A stretch of 64,000 nt of DNA from Octopus sinensis (Eukaryota), in contig NC_043001.1 in the NCBI RefSeq assembly GCF_006345805.1, positions 66,340,001-66,404,000 on the forward strand. Direction: 5' to 3'. The notes below the pieces were generated by a model. It searched no databases. It had not been told where the DNA came from and saw only the letters and a program-made list of their open reading frames with translations. A program made the position numbers and the translations under genes. Shown here piece by piece: positions 13,223-26,200 of the stretch. Positions within the stretch are counted from its first letter, which is position 1; every line of letters starts with the position of its first letter.

Positions 13223-13889
13223 GTCATTATATACACATATACTATATTACTGGATGTACTTTAGCACAAAACTGAAATGAATCCAACAGTTTACTTTCTA
13301 TGAATAAATTTTCCTTTCACAACATAAATTACAGGACCCTTGGAATTCTTATTCAAAGTCACTACTCTTCTGAAAGGGTTAGGAGATAGGAGAACATACC
13401 TCAGTCACATGTTCTATTTTGATATGTTCATATGGCTTTACAGAGTATACTAGTTACATTTTGTCATAGCATCAGACAAGAGAGGTTGCATTGTTCCTTG
13501 CAAGGCTAAAAAGTCTCTGTTTAATGTAAATGTCATCGAGAGTGTGAATGGAGGAAATGTGATGGAAGTAACTGGTTGGAGCATGATGGTGGTAGGCAAT
13601 AATAGAAGTGAGATAGTATCAGGAAGCTTTGAGACTAAGTAGAAAAATGGTATGAACAGAGTGATAGCAGAGTGCCCTGTAAAAGAGAGAAGTGGAGGGT
13701 TGAAGGATAGCAATAAAGATTTGGCTACTGAAGGAGAAGAGAGAACAGGCAATAGAAGAAAGGTATAGTGTAGAATATAATTTTATATCCAGCTAAAGGT
13801 TAATATCTACAATATATTAATATAGAAATATGATAAAATTTCTAGTGTTGAATCTCAGCCTTTTAATTATTTCCTCTTTATCATTTCAG

Positions 13890-13990
13890 AACATCATATG
13901 ACTTTGGAATAAAAGATCTGATTACTTCTGAAGGTTTATCAAATTACTTCAGGGAGAGAATTCATCTAGAACTGTTTATATAAATATATG
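13890..13990 (+). other. Candidate 5' UTR exon of the ZNF gene
   Basis: Acceptor TTCCTCTTTATCATTTCAG (AG 13888-13889), donor ATG|GTGAAT (13991), next acceptor TGCTAATTTTGCTTTTCAATTAG (AG 14084-14085). Confidence 0.35.
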
Positions 13991-14243
13991 GTGAATTTAC
14001 TATGAAATCTTGCCGCTGAAGAATAACAAAATTTCTCTACTTCATCATTTGTAATGTGTATTTGCTAATTTTGCTTTTCAATTAGACTTGAATGATACAG
14101 TGTCAAAGATCACGTTTGATGGAAATGTGGCAGATGTTGAGAATAAAATATAAAATGAAAAGAAAAAAACATGTAAATTGTGGTGAGAGAAGAAATATTA
14201 TGGAAAATGTATTATGTGAGAAATAAATATTCCTGATGATATA

Positions 14244-15176
14244 ATGGAAGAGAAAGGGAAAATATACCCCTGTGATACCTGTACAAAGTCCTTTTCTCAA
14301 AAAAGTCACCTGACTACTCACAAACGTATTCATAGAGGACAGAAAACCTATCAGTGTGATATCTGTGATAAATTATTTCCAAAAGAAAGTATTTTATTAA
14401 CTCACAAACAAATTCATGCAGGAGAGAAGCTGTACCAGGGTAACATCTGTGATCAGTCAACCTCTCAAGAAAGTCAATTAATTAAGCATGAGCACATTCA
14501 TAAAGGAGAGAAACGATATCGCTGTGAAATCTGTGGTAAATTATTCAGTCGAAGTAATGGCTTAACTATACACATACGTATTCATACCGGAGAGAAACCC
14601 TATCACTGTGATATCTATGGTAAATCATTCTCTGATAGAAGTAGTGTAACTCCTCACAAACGCGTTCATACAGGGGAGAAGCCATATCACTGTGATATCT
14701 GTGGTCAATCTTTCTCTCATAAAGGTCACTTAAACGACCACAAACATGTTCATACTGGAGAGAAAACATATCACTGTGATAAGTTATTCTTTAAAAATGA
14801 TCACCTAACTAGACACAAACGCATTCATTCAGGAGAGAAACCATTTCACTGTGATGTCTGTGGTAAATCATTTTCTCCAAATGATCATTTGACTACACAC
14901 AAAAGCATACACACAGAAGAGAGACCATACCCCTGTGATGTCTGTGATAAATCATTTTCTGCAGGAAGTCACTTAACTATACACAAACGCATTCATACAG
15001 GGGAGAAACCCTATCGCTGTGATATCTGTGGTAAATCATTCTCTGTCAGTAGTCCCTTAACTAAACACAAACGCATTCATACAGGAGAAAAACCACATCG
15101 CTATGATATCTGTGGGAAGTCATTTTCTCAAAAACATCGTTTAACTACACATTTATGTATTTATACTGAACGGTAA
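14244..15176 (+). CDS. Tandem C2H2 (Kruppel-type) zinc-finger protein, 310 aa, 11 fingers (7 intact, 4 degenerate)
   Basis: Repeated C-x2-C-x12-H-x3-H motifs with TGEKPY-type linkers. Fingers 3, 5, 7 and 11 have lost metal ligands. Confidence 0.9.
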   Translation: MEEKGKIYPCDTCTKSFSQKSHLTTHKRIHRGQKTYQCDICDKLFPKESILLTHKQIHAGEKLYQGNICDQSTSQESQLIKHEHIHKGEKRYRCEICGKLFSRSNGLTIHIRIHTGEKPYHCDIYGKSFSDRSSVTPHKRVHTGEKPYHCDICGQSFSHKGHLNDHKHVHTGEKTYHCDKLFFKNDHLTRHKRIHSGEKPFHCDVCGKSFSPNDHLTTHKSIHTEERPYPCDVCDKSFSAGSHLTIHKRIHTGEKPYRCDICGKSFSVSSPLTKHKRIHTGEKPHRYDICGKSFSQKHRLTTHLCIYTER

Positions 15177-15209
15177 CTGAATTGATGTCAAAAGTTTTAT
15201 GAAAAAATA

Positions 15210-15350
15210 TCACCATCATCGTTTAACGTCCGTTTTCCATGCTGACATGGGTTGGACAGTTCGACTGGGGTCTGGGAAGCCAGGAGGCTGCACCAGGCCC
15301 CAATCTGATCTGGCTGTGTTTCTACAGCTGGATGCCCTTCCTAATGCCAA
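15210..15350 (-). mobile_element. RTE 3' end fragment just downstream of the ZNF stop
   Basis: CATCATCGTTTAACGTCCGTTTTCCATGCTGACATGGGTTGG...GGATGCCCTTCCTAATGCCAAC. Confidence 0.9.
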
Positions 15351-15471
15351 CATGTGTAACCATAATATATGTATACACACAGGAAAGGATAACACTCCAA
15401 TAACAATCTTATCACAACTATTTCTAAACTGGTTAGATAACTGACCACTATGATATATTTGATTGGAGCAT

Positions 15472-15475
<4 letters not shown>

Positions 15476-15538
<63 letters not shown>
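15476..15538. repeat. (TA)n(CA)n microsatellite
   Basis: Directly visible. Confidence 0.98.
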
Positions 15539-15789
15539 TCTTGGTGTTATTATTATACTAAGTCCAACGAAATGACTTGGGAAATTTCATTTAAAATTAT
15601 GTAGTTTTACATGAATTTTTTTATTTCTATAACCCATTATATTGATGATTGACCTAATAATTCTAGCAATTTTCAAGACAGTTGCAACTGATTAATAAAG
15701 GTAATGATGTAATCTGCATTTCTTTGTTTGTTCAAATTTTATATATATATACCCGTGGGAACTACTATATGCTGATAACTTCACTCTTA

Positions 15790-16350
15790 TTGTAGAATTT
15801 ATTGCAAAATTGGAGAAGAAATTCCAGATATAGAAGCAAAACCTGGAACCAAGGGCCTTAAAGTTAACCTAGCAAAGACCAAAGTTGCTAAGAAATCAGA
15901 CAAGACTCTCTTTCGGGTAAATGGCGCTGCTCAATATGTAGGGAAAGAATTTGGAAGTAATTCCATTTGCTTCACCCAGTGTAAGTTATGGACACATAAG
16001 AGGTGCAGTGGAATCACAGGTAGATTAACAGATAAAGTTAACTTTGCATGTAGCAGATATGTAGGAACAATAAACACTAAGAGCACATGGGATTTAGACT
16101 CTTTCAAATGCTCAGGAAGCAGCATGCAAAAGAGAAAACTATGTTGCTTTGGACTTGGTGCTTATTAAAGAAGACAGCTGTACAAAGAAGTGCCAGTCAA
16201 TGGAAGTGGATAGTATTTGTGAACAGGGAGACCCAGGACGTCATGAGATGAAGTGGTGAAGACCAATCTCGAGATGTTGGGGCTCACAGAGGAAATGACA
16301 ATGGACTGAGATGTCTGGTGATATGAGGTTCTTGAGAAGACCTGCCCATG
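15790..16350 (+). mobile_element. Degraded RTE RT fragment (PHD-in-RT family)
   Basis: GGCCTTAAAGTTAACCTAGCAAAGACCAAAG (GLKVNLAKTK) and CAGTGTAAGTTATGGACACATAAGAGGTGC (QCKLWTHKRC), with internal deletions. Confidence 0.8.
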
Positions 16351-17754
16351 TCAGTTATACTGAGTTCTAGAAGCACTGTGTGTCCTATCCACACATAATA
16401 ATAAAACTTTTCACTCAAACCGAACTGGATCTCTTCTCTTCTTCATATTTCCTCTGTCATACACTATGATTATCTCCCACTCCGCAATCCTGTTCTCACT
16501 TCCCTGCTCAATGTATCATTGCTTACCTGTAGTCCCTCACCCCCTCTATATATCCAGGTCCTCACCAGTCACTGCATTCTCCATCCCCACTCACTACTCG
16601 TGTTTCTTTGGCAATACCCTGCCATTTATATTATTATCTCTGTACCTTGAAGGTACGCCTTGGCACTTTCCACCATTTATCTCTCTCTTCCTTTTCTCTA
16701 CTATCTCATCTATGTTCTGATCCTTGTCCCTTGTGAGTATGCCTTGGCACTTGGCCACCAGCTCTCTCTTGCACTCTTGCTGTCTTTCACAGTCTTTTTC
16801 TTGCTCTTTCCTCTGGCTGGGTAATCATGTGTCTACTTTACAGCTGCACACCTGTTTCCGTCCTCATTTTCTCTCGCTCTCTCTCTCTCTGTGACACTCT
16901 TACCTTTTCCAACCCAAACATACACACCAAGTATGGAAACACTTCTATTCACTAGAAACTAATGGCTATGGCAATGTATTTTCAATTACCCCACAAACTC
17001 TACACTCCAGCTCTATCCTATATCCATACAAAACTCTTCTCTCTCTCTCTCTCTCTCTCTCCCCCCACCCTCCATTCAGGGATCTATCATGATCTTTGGA
17101 TGCAAGCTACAATATGTATCTTATTGTTACCTCGAACATCTGGAGAGTGATGATAACAATTGTCATCAACCACCTTTTCCAATATCTTAAGTCCTTCTCT
17201 CCCACCTAATTGACTACCAGTGCATCTTTTGTACACACTGACCTGCTACAGAACTGCTTTCCTATGTCACCCAGTAGTGCTCCCACTTGAGACTTTGTTA
17301 CAGCTAACATTAGCCAAACCTGTGATAATGTCTGGTATAAGAATCATGTAACTTAGCTGACCATTCATCTTTCAACTTTTGAAAAGAAAATGTCCTGTTA
17401 GATCACATTATTGTACTGACTACTTTTCATAACTTACATTATTTAATGTGTGTGTTACCTTTAAGAAAATTTGTTTATTATCTAAATGAATTCTATTTTC
17501 CTAGAAAAATGAAAAGGAAGTCAAATTTCCATCTGTTTGTTAACTATTTGCAGTGAGTGCTAGTGCACCATTCTAGTGACTGATTGCAGTAATATAAAAC
17601 ATCATGGCCAAAAATACAAGTTTTACATCTTGTATGGCAATTCCCTTGACCAGGATATAACAATTGTTACAAGTGATCTGCAAGAGGTTAAATTTGAAAT
17701 ATGGACTGGACTACAAGGTTTATGGCCTCTGACCAACCATTTCAGTATCATCGT

Positions 17755-19022
17755 CATCATCAACATCATCATCGTTTAATGTCCGCTTTCCATGCTAGCA
17801 TGGGTTGGATGATTTGACTGAGGACTGGCAAACCAGATGGCTGCACCAGGCTCCAATCTGATCTGGCAGAGTTTCTATAGTTTGATGCCCTTCCTAACGC
17901 CAACCACTCCGAGAGTGTAGTGGGTGCATTTACGTGCCACTGGCATAAGGGCCAGTCAGGCGGTACTGGCAATGGCCACGCTCAAATGGTGTTTTTTACA
18001 TGCCACCTGCACAGGAGCCAGTCCAGCAGCAATGGCAATGACCTTGCTTGAATGTTTTTTCATGTGCCACTAATGCGACGCTGGCAATGATCACGCTCAG
18101 ATGGTGCTCTTAGCACTCCACTAGTATGGATGCCAGTCATCGAATTTGATTTTGATTTCACTTGCCTCAACAGGTCTTCGCAAGCAGATTCTAGTGTCCA
18201 GTGAAGGAAAGGTATGCATAAGTGGGCTGGTTACGAGGTTATGATCTCACTTGCCTTGCCGGGTCTTCTCAAGCACAGCATATTTCCAAAGGTCTCGGTG
18301 AGGCCTAATGTTTGAAGGTCGTGCTTCACCACCTCAACCTAGGTCTTCCTGTGTCTACCTCTTCCACAGGTTCCCTCAACCGCTAGGGTGTGGCACTTTT
18401 TCACACAGCTATCCTCATCCATTCTCGCCACATGACCATACCAGTGCAGTCGTCTCTCTTGCACACCACATCTGATGCTTCTTAGGTCCAACTTTTCTCT
18501 CAAGGTACTTACAATCTGTTGAGTATGCACACTGACATTACACATCCATCGGAGCATACTGGCTTCATTCCTTGCGAGCTTACACATGTCGTCAGCAGTC
18601 ACGGCCCATGTTTCACTTCCATGTAGCATGGCTGTTCGTACACATGCGTCATACAGTCTACCTTTTACTCTGTGCGAGAGGCCCTTTGTCACCAGCAGAG
18701 GTAAGAGCTCTTTGAACTTTGCCCAGGCTATTCTTATTCTAGCAGCTACACTTTCAGCGCACCCTCCCCGCTGCTGACTTGGTCACCTAGGTAACAGAAG
18801 CTATCAACTACTTCTAGTTTTTCTCCCTGGAATGTGACAGAAGTTGTTCTCTGCACATTTTCAGTGTTATTTATTGCTCCTGAGCATCTGCTACATACAA
18901 AAACTATTTTCCCAGTTAGTCTTCCTTTGATATTGCTGCACCTCTTATGTCTCCATAGCTTACACTGGGTACATCTTATAGAGTTTCTACCGACGCCTTT
19001 TCTACAGCTCGAGCAGGGCCGA
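17755..19022 (-). mobile_element. 5'-truncated RTE LINE (PHD-in-RT family)
   Basis: ORF 18339-18692 is nearly identical to the RT C-terminus at 60379-60800; same 3' UTR and (GAT)n tail. Confidence 0.95.
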
Positions 19023-19879
19023 TGCTCCCATACTTTATTTCAGTATATTGTAACAATTTTGTATTTATATGCATAGAATCAAACATTCCCCCTACAAAAC
19101 CACTTTAAAATATCTTTCATAAGTGTATGATGAAACATACTATGTTGGTTTTTCAAATATATAGATTTGTAAAATCAGAGTACATCTTATGTGCCAGTAA
19201 TTACAGTAATTTCATTTCATGAAACAGAATCTTAAATTCTTGAAATACCACCCAACCTTTTTGTTGTAAGTTGCAAATAATTTTCACTGGCTTCTATTTT
19301 ATTTTCTTGTCCCAAAAAAGTAGTAATTTTAATTTAAAAGATTCGATTTAGATTATTAAATAAAGAAACACATTTATTTTTTCATCGCCACTGACTGTTG
19401 TGAAAGTGTGTGGCATAGTAGTTTGGGTGTTGGACTCCTGCTCATAAAATTGTGGTTTTGATTTCTGGACCATGTGATGCATTGTGTTCTTGAGCAAAAT
19501 TCTTTATTTCATGTTGCTAGCAGTAAATATGATGACATCACAACAGACCTGACAAGTAGTGGATGGTGGTTACCTGCCTAAAAGAAACAAATAAAGGAAC
19601 TTCGGAACTGATAGGTCATAGCCCTATTCTGGCATTCATATTACACTGTCTGTAATAAATGAAAAGCAAAAACATCAGACCTTTATTTAAATTAATTCCA
19701 AAATAATTATTATAAGCTAATCAAAGAAGTATGAACAACATAGTTTTGTATGTGAAAATAACTTCCAAGAAATTTTTTGAAAACGTTTTATCTATATTAA
19801 TTTCTTGAAACAAAAATAAAAAATTTATAAAAGAAAATTCAGTGCTAACATGCCAGCTTACAAGTTGCAGAGAAGAATT

Positions 19880-20195
19880 AACTGGTGCTCCACCAGTTAC
19901 AATGGCAAGTGTTCCGATTTATCTGATCAATGAAACAGCATGCTCATGAAATTAAAGTGCAAGTGGCTGAGCACTCCACAGACATGCATACCCTTAACGT
20001 AGTTCTCAGGGAGATTCAGTTTGAAACAGAATGTGACAAGGTTAAACCTTTGAATATCAGATACATTTTTGCTAGCTGAGTGGACTGGAGCAAAATTTAA
20101 GAAAGTGTCTTGCTCAAGGACACAATGCAGTAGCAGGAATCAAACTCACGACCTTCAGATCATGAGCCAAATACCCTAACCATTAAGTCGCTCAC
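19880..20195 (-). mobile_element. tRNA-derived SINE sharing its 3' half with 752-1125
   Basis: GTGGCTGAGCACTCCACAGAC...CCCTTAACGTAGTTCTC is the reverse complement of 1003-1040; B-box-like head near 20140. Confidence 0.75.
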
Positions 20196-20509
20196 CTTCA
20201 CAATAGAAAAATATAATAATGCAGTGAAAAACAACATGATTTACAAAGGCAGAAAGGAAAAATAAGGGGAAAAAAAACGAACATCAGAAAATAAAGAAAC
20301 ACAAAAGAGGTATATACACTTCCTCAATTACACACCACAGCAGAGAAAACTGGTGTTCTCTAAAAATGTTTGAGACAACCCAAAATACAAAGTAGCTTCT
20401 CTACTCTCAACTAAAAGAAGGAAAATGAAGAAGAGGAGGGTTAAAGAAATGATTGGAAGATTTTCTGAAAGCCAGCTTCAAGAAATGTAATACTGATTTC
20501 AAATTTTGT

Positions 20510-20700
20510 ACAAGGCCAGCAATTTTGGGAGAGGTGGTTAGTTGATTATATTGACCCCAGTGTTCAACTAGTACTTATTTTATCATCCCTGGAAGGATGA
20601 AAGGCAAAGTCAACCTCAGCAGAATTTGAACTCAGAATGTAAAGGTAGACAAGATGCCCCTAAGCATTTTGCCTGGCATGCTAATGATTCTGCAGCTTGC
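20510..20700 (-). mobile_element. SINE fragment
   Basis: GGATGAAAGGCAAAGTCAACCTC...GAATTTGAACTC is the reverse complement of 9950-9990. Confidence 0.65.
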
Positions 20701-20744
20701 CACCTTTCAAGAAATGTAATGATACAGAACAGGAAGAGAAATGC

Positions 20745-20985
20745 TCGGGATCAAAAATGCTTGAAATCCATCATCAGAGAGAGATTAAAATATTTTGAGA
20801 CCAGTAGGACTGTCAAACGAGAAGAAAAAAAAAACGAAGTGCAGAAAAGATAGACAAGAACAACCAAGAAGGAACCTTCCATCCAGAAACCACCTGCTTC
20901 ACTTGTGGAAAGAACGAACTTCTGAGCAAGAACTGGTCTCATCAGTCACCACAGAATCTATCAATAACTATGAAAAATAAAATAA
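20745..20985 (+). mobile_element. RTE (BovB-like) 3' fragment with C-terminal zinc-finger remnant
   Basis: Reads FETSRTVKREEKK...TTCFTCGK...TGLISHHR, the C-x2-C...GLxSH end typical of RTE-BovB ORFs. Confidence 0.6.
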
Positions 20986-21048
20986 AAAAGACCACTATTC
21001 TTAATAAAAGAGATAGCAATGACAACATGTGCTTGTAAACATACATAA

Positions 21049-21083
<35 letters not shown>

Positions 21084-21866
21084 TACATCATACATACACA
21101 CACACACACACACACACACTACTTCCAGGAACTGGTAAAAGGAAATCCTCTATTAAGTGATCACAGTTGATCATTGATGACTCCACAACATAATGATCTG
21201 TATCATTGAGCCCCACTCTGCCACAGATGTGTCAGCATATTGGAAGCTCTAAAAAATATATTCCTAAAATAAGATGGACCCTCCTATAAGTGTCAAGATA
21301 ACTTGAATATGTCAATATATTGAGATATTTGAGTGTGATAAAATTTCATATCCAAAACCTGAGGGTCACTTCTAAAATGTTTTGCAATGTTATAATTAGG
21401 GCCTAGAAGCTCAAAAGCTTTATAACAAGAGGTTATTTTGCCAAAGTCCTCTTAATTGTATTAAGCACCAAATTCTTTGTAGTTTATAAACCTACACTTC
21501 CCTTCCAATGAAAGTTAGCCTAGATTATTCCTTGACTTTATTTTGCAAATTTATTTTTACAAAGTCAAAGAAAGGAGTGACAAAACATAACCTTGTGAAA
21601 CTCTTGTCTTTTTTCAGGGCATTAGTTACCATAGCTGAAATAAAATGGGTTCAAATAATTCAGTAATTAACAGTTTCTGATGAGGATAGCATTTTAACAT
21701 ATCTAACAACAGTACCCATCAGAAGGTGTCATTCAGAACCATATATAAGGATACCACCTATTAGAATGTAATTTGTAACCCATTTGACCATATTGCCCAT
21801 AAGAAGATATTGTAAACCATATAACTTTACTGCATATTAGAAGACAGCATTGTAAGCCATATAATT

Positions 21867-22060
21867 TTACAGCATATTGGTGACCTCCTCATTCTGCAAC
21901 ATGTCACAGTCGTTAGACATGTTAATGAAACACATCAACAAATCTACACTGTCCTTGTTTACAAATAACCTGCAAGTATTACAACATTGAAACAAAGCCT
22001 GGACCTCCTCTGATAATCTTTCACAGCAACCACATGCATTAATAGTATCTAAAACTGCAC
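21867..22060 (-). CDS. Candidate terminal coding exon (Cys-rich, 64 aa) of an unidentified gene
   Basis: Strong acceptor TTCTAAC...TCTGATCTTTCAG; only the phase-1 frame is open (GAVLDTINACGCCERL...EEVTNML*). No homology recognised. Confidence 0.3.
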
Positions 22061-22279
22061 CTGAAAGATCAGACACTTGTTCAGTAAGGTTAGAAATTAT
22101 TTATGCACTGACATAGTTACTGACTTACTAGTATCACACCCAGTTTGACGTGTATTAGAATATTGTTTGCATTAGCTGAAACAGAACAGCTGCTACTTGC
22201 ATAAATATTTTAGCTTACATAAAAACAAAATTTTCCTGTCAGCTTGAAAGCCTTTCACTCATTAACATTCTGAAGCAAG

Positions 22280-23299
22280 TCCATCCATGGACTGAAAAGT
22301 TCATAGGCTGACTATGAAGGAGTAATACTAGAGCTGTGAAACCTTGCACATTCATTTCAACTCCCTTCTCAATGATAACAGCATTGTTTCTTTCCAGGTA
22401 AACTGACATCTGACTGTTCAAAGAACACTTCAAATGTAACTAGTAGTGACTTCTCTTGAAAATGGACAAAATTTAGCATGGTGGTTTTATCATGTACCTG
22501 CAGAAAAAGGATTTAGCCTCCAAGGATATTTATGCTGATATGGTTGCAACATTAAGGGATAATGCTTCAACTTTATCAACAGTGCAAAAGTGGGTAGCTG
22601 AATTTAGGAGACAAAGGGAGAGTCTTGAAGCTGACCCAAGGTCTGGACGTCCTGCAACTGCCACCACTGAGGAAAGCATTGATTGTGTTCACCACTTGGT
22701 GATGGATAACAGATAATGAAATAGCCAATGCTATTAGTGTATCCTGTGAAAGAGTTGAGAATATTTTGCACACCTGCTCCAAGGAAGACCAAGGTCGTTT
22801 CTTCAGCAGGGAAGGTGATGGCTTCAGTTTATTAGGATACAAAAGTAATTGTGTTTATTATCTTCAAAAGGGCCACACTATCAATGGATAGTACTATGTT
22901 AACTTGCCAAGGCAGTTACAAACAGTTAAGATAAAACCCCGAGGAAAACTGATGAAAGGGGTTTTGTTTCATCAGGAAAATGCTCCAGCACACAAATCCT
23001 TGGTTTCAGTGGCTGCTGTGCTTGACTGTGTCTTTGAATTGGTTTATCACACTTCCTTGGCCCCATCTGAGTATCATTTGTTCCCCAACATGAAATAACA
23101 CTTGGCTGGGAACCAGCATCACAGCAATGATGATGTCATATATGCTGTTGACTTTTTTACTAATTGGATCCAAGTACTTCAACACCAATGGAAGAAGAGT
23201 GTAGACTGCCAAGGGGGTCTATGTTGAAAAATAAACCTCATTTGCTCACATTCCATGAGAGTATCATGGTCAGCCAATGAACTTTTCAACCAACCCTCA
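22280..23299 (+). mobile_element. Mariner (DD34D-type) DNA transposon relic, internally deleted
   Basis: TIRs TGAAAAGTTCATAGGCTGACTATGA (22293-22317) and TCATGGTCAGCCAATGAACTTTTCA (23264-23288), TA at 23300; HTH STVQKWVAEFRR...DPRSGRP and HQENAPAH motifs. Confidence 0.92.
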
Positions 23300-26200
23300 T
23301 ACATCACTTTTCTCTTCATCAATCTCAAAACAATCCAACCCACGCTTTCTCAATAGACATCACAAGAACAAGTGTACTATCCTCACCAATGAAAGTAGTT
23401 CTGTAAAAGTTATGGTCACTTTTCCTTTAAGTATTTTATTGAAAAAAATAATTGGTAATCAAATACAAGATGGACACCTGATACATGCAGTTTTATCTAA
23501 GACAGGAAGTTTGGTGTACCAGTCTTTTACCAGGGAAAAATAAAGGATTGGAATCTAGATATGGAGTTATATTAGCAACTCAAAGTACAGCCCTGGATCA
23601 AATTGGTTTATTTTCGATTTTACAAAATTAAGTTCACTCCATCCTTCTTGAATTATTGTTTCTTAGATGTTCATGTTATAGTTTTTTATGTCATCACATT
23701 GTTTTCTTTTTATACTGCTATTTCTATCTTATGTCTAGTTCACTTTATTTCCAGTTTTTTTTTTTTTCTTTTTCAGTCATAGCCAGGGTTTCCTGAAACA
23801 ATTTGTTTGTTGTTATTTCTATCACATGTTTTCCCTGTTGTCTTCAGCTGTTTTAGTTACGACTATTACTAATTCATTGTCCAAAGTTTCAATGTCATCA
23901 CTTTGTGTTTGTTGTTATTTAGTTAGCTGGGAGAAAATATGATGTGTAACAATTAAAAAATTCATGAGGATGTTTAATGTTTTTATTTATTTTGAATTAC
24001 TTTATGGAAATCATGAACTGTGCCAAACAAAAGGTTAAAAGGATGAGAATTTAGAATTTATATTTTCTTTGTTGTTGTTGATTAGCTCTAGGCCAACCCA
24101 TACAACTAAAGTATGGTGTCAGAAGGGGCTCGGAGTTATCTCTCAACAAAATTTCCTACCATACCAGACTACCCCTATACACAAAAATAGAGGCAGCCAC
24201 TTTTCTTTACTACTTCCTGATAGTTTAACTTCCCTATGACATAAAGCCACATGCAGATATGTGGAAAAGAAAGGAACAAGACAAGGAAGGGAGTGTTTTT
24301 TTTTTTAGTTTTGTTGAGGACAAGACAAACTTTCTGGCATCAATAAATTAACAGAGACATGGTAAGACAGATGGGATTCTTCAGTCTTGCTAGAGACAGG
24401 ACAATCTCTCTCATGGTGAGGTGCCATGATAAAATGTATCCAGTACACCCTGTGAAATGGTTCATGTTAGAAAGAGCATCTGGTCAGAAGCCATGCCAAA
24501 AAATGAAATGTATGAGAGAGAGAGAGAGAGAGAAAGGTGGAGGGAAGGGAGATGTAGCTTCTGATGCATCAGGGACTTATTTCAAATAAAAGCCAACCTG
24601 AACATTGATTATCTGTTGAACACCAAGCCAGTATGGAAAAGCAAACACGAAAAGATAACAATTGTGATTATGACATGTACTTATAAGCTGTACCTACCTG
24701 GTGTCTTCAAAAGACCAATTATTTTGCTATATTATCTCTTATTGTATTAAGATTTCTGCGTTTTTTGTAGCATTTCATTTCACTTTTCCTGTCCCTTGTA
24801 TCTCTTTGTTTATAAGTCACTGTTTCTGTTTGTTTAAATTATTGTTAATTCTCATGAGATAAATCTTTTTTTGTTTCACAAATTATTTGCTCCATCTCTA
24901 CTTCTTTGTTGTAATTTTGGGAAAATATACCAAAACTTGTCATTCCTCTATACTTAATTTATCTGCATTTGGATTAACATAAAAAAAAGTCAAATAATTT
25001 TCTTTGTAATTTTGAAGTATAACGGTAAAAATATTGATTTTTGTAACTTAAATATTGTTTATCTACTTCGAAAAATTTTTTTTAGTTATTTTAATAATCT
25101 TTGTTTAATAAATTTGTTTTAAATGGTTGAATATCTGACATGAATAATCTTTTGGACAATTAACCTCATCTTCACAAATTAAAAAATGTTCAATATTTAC
25201 ATCATCTAGACAACATTTTAATCACTTTGATCTCCAATTATCAATAGGTGTCTTATTCATGTAGGCCTATATAGTACTAGCCAGGATTTGAAAATTTATA
25301 ATCTTAGAATTTGTGGTATTTTGAAATTTTTTTCTTTTGTTCTTGTTGAATTTCTATTTATTTTGAGATCTGTACCATCAACACCCTGATAATACAAATC
25401 TCTCCTTCTTTAATGCCCCACCCCCACCTATACAGCTTCTCAAAAGTCTAACCTATTGGACGCATATTCACCTTTGTTACCCATTAATAGGTTCTTGTCC
25501 TTGAAAAATTTAGTGTAAACAATATTCATGACAACTAAAACATTTTGATAGTCTGCCACACACAAATCTCCAAGTAAAATTTCCCATTTATGGATTCCAT
25601 TGTCTTTTGGATCAGTGGCTTTCTGTTGAATCAAACTATCCATGGCATATACTCATGAAACTCTCTCTGATATACACTTTATTAATTCTGGTGTTATGCA
25701 ATGATTGGTTTTGTTATCCTTCCAAGAATGCCTTCTTCTATGAAGATGAGCCCATCCATCACTCGTCTTTAACTTTCCACCCACAAGTATCATCCACAGG
25801 CAACATAACAATTGACACCAAACCTTACTGACTTCATACACAGAGATGTTGGAAACATCCTCCAGGGATGTCATGCCCATATTGTCTCTCTCAACAACTT
25901 AAACACAACCACAACATGTATCAAGAAAACATTAATGACCTTCTACAAATATAAATAACACACAATTAAAACCCACTCAAGGTCACTTCATATACTTATG
26001 TCTCATTATTATTCAGGTTCTCTTCTGGTAAAACACATCCTCAAACATAGTCAAAACTGCAGTACAAAGAGTGATCTTTCTCCTTCAGGACCAGAAGGTA
26101 CTTCATAATCCATCAACTACTAATCCATTACAAAGCTGTGAAAAAGTGCTGCTGCTACACACATGAATATTCTTGACCACATCCAAAGATGGTCCACCTA

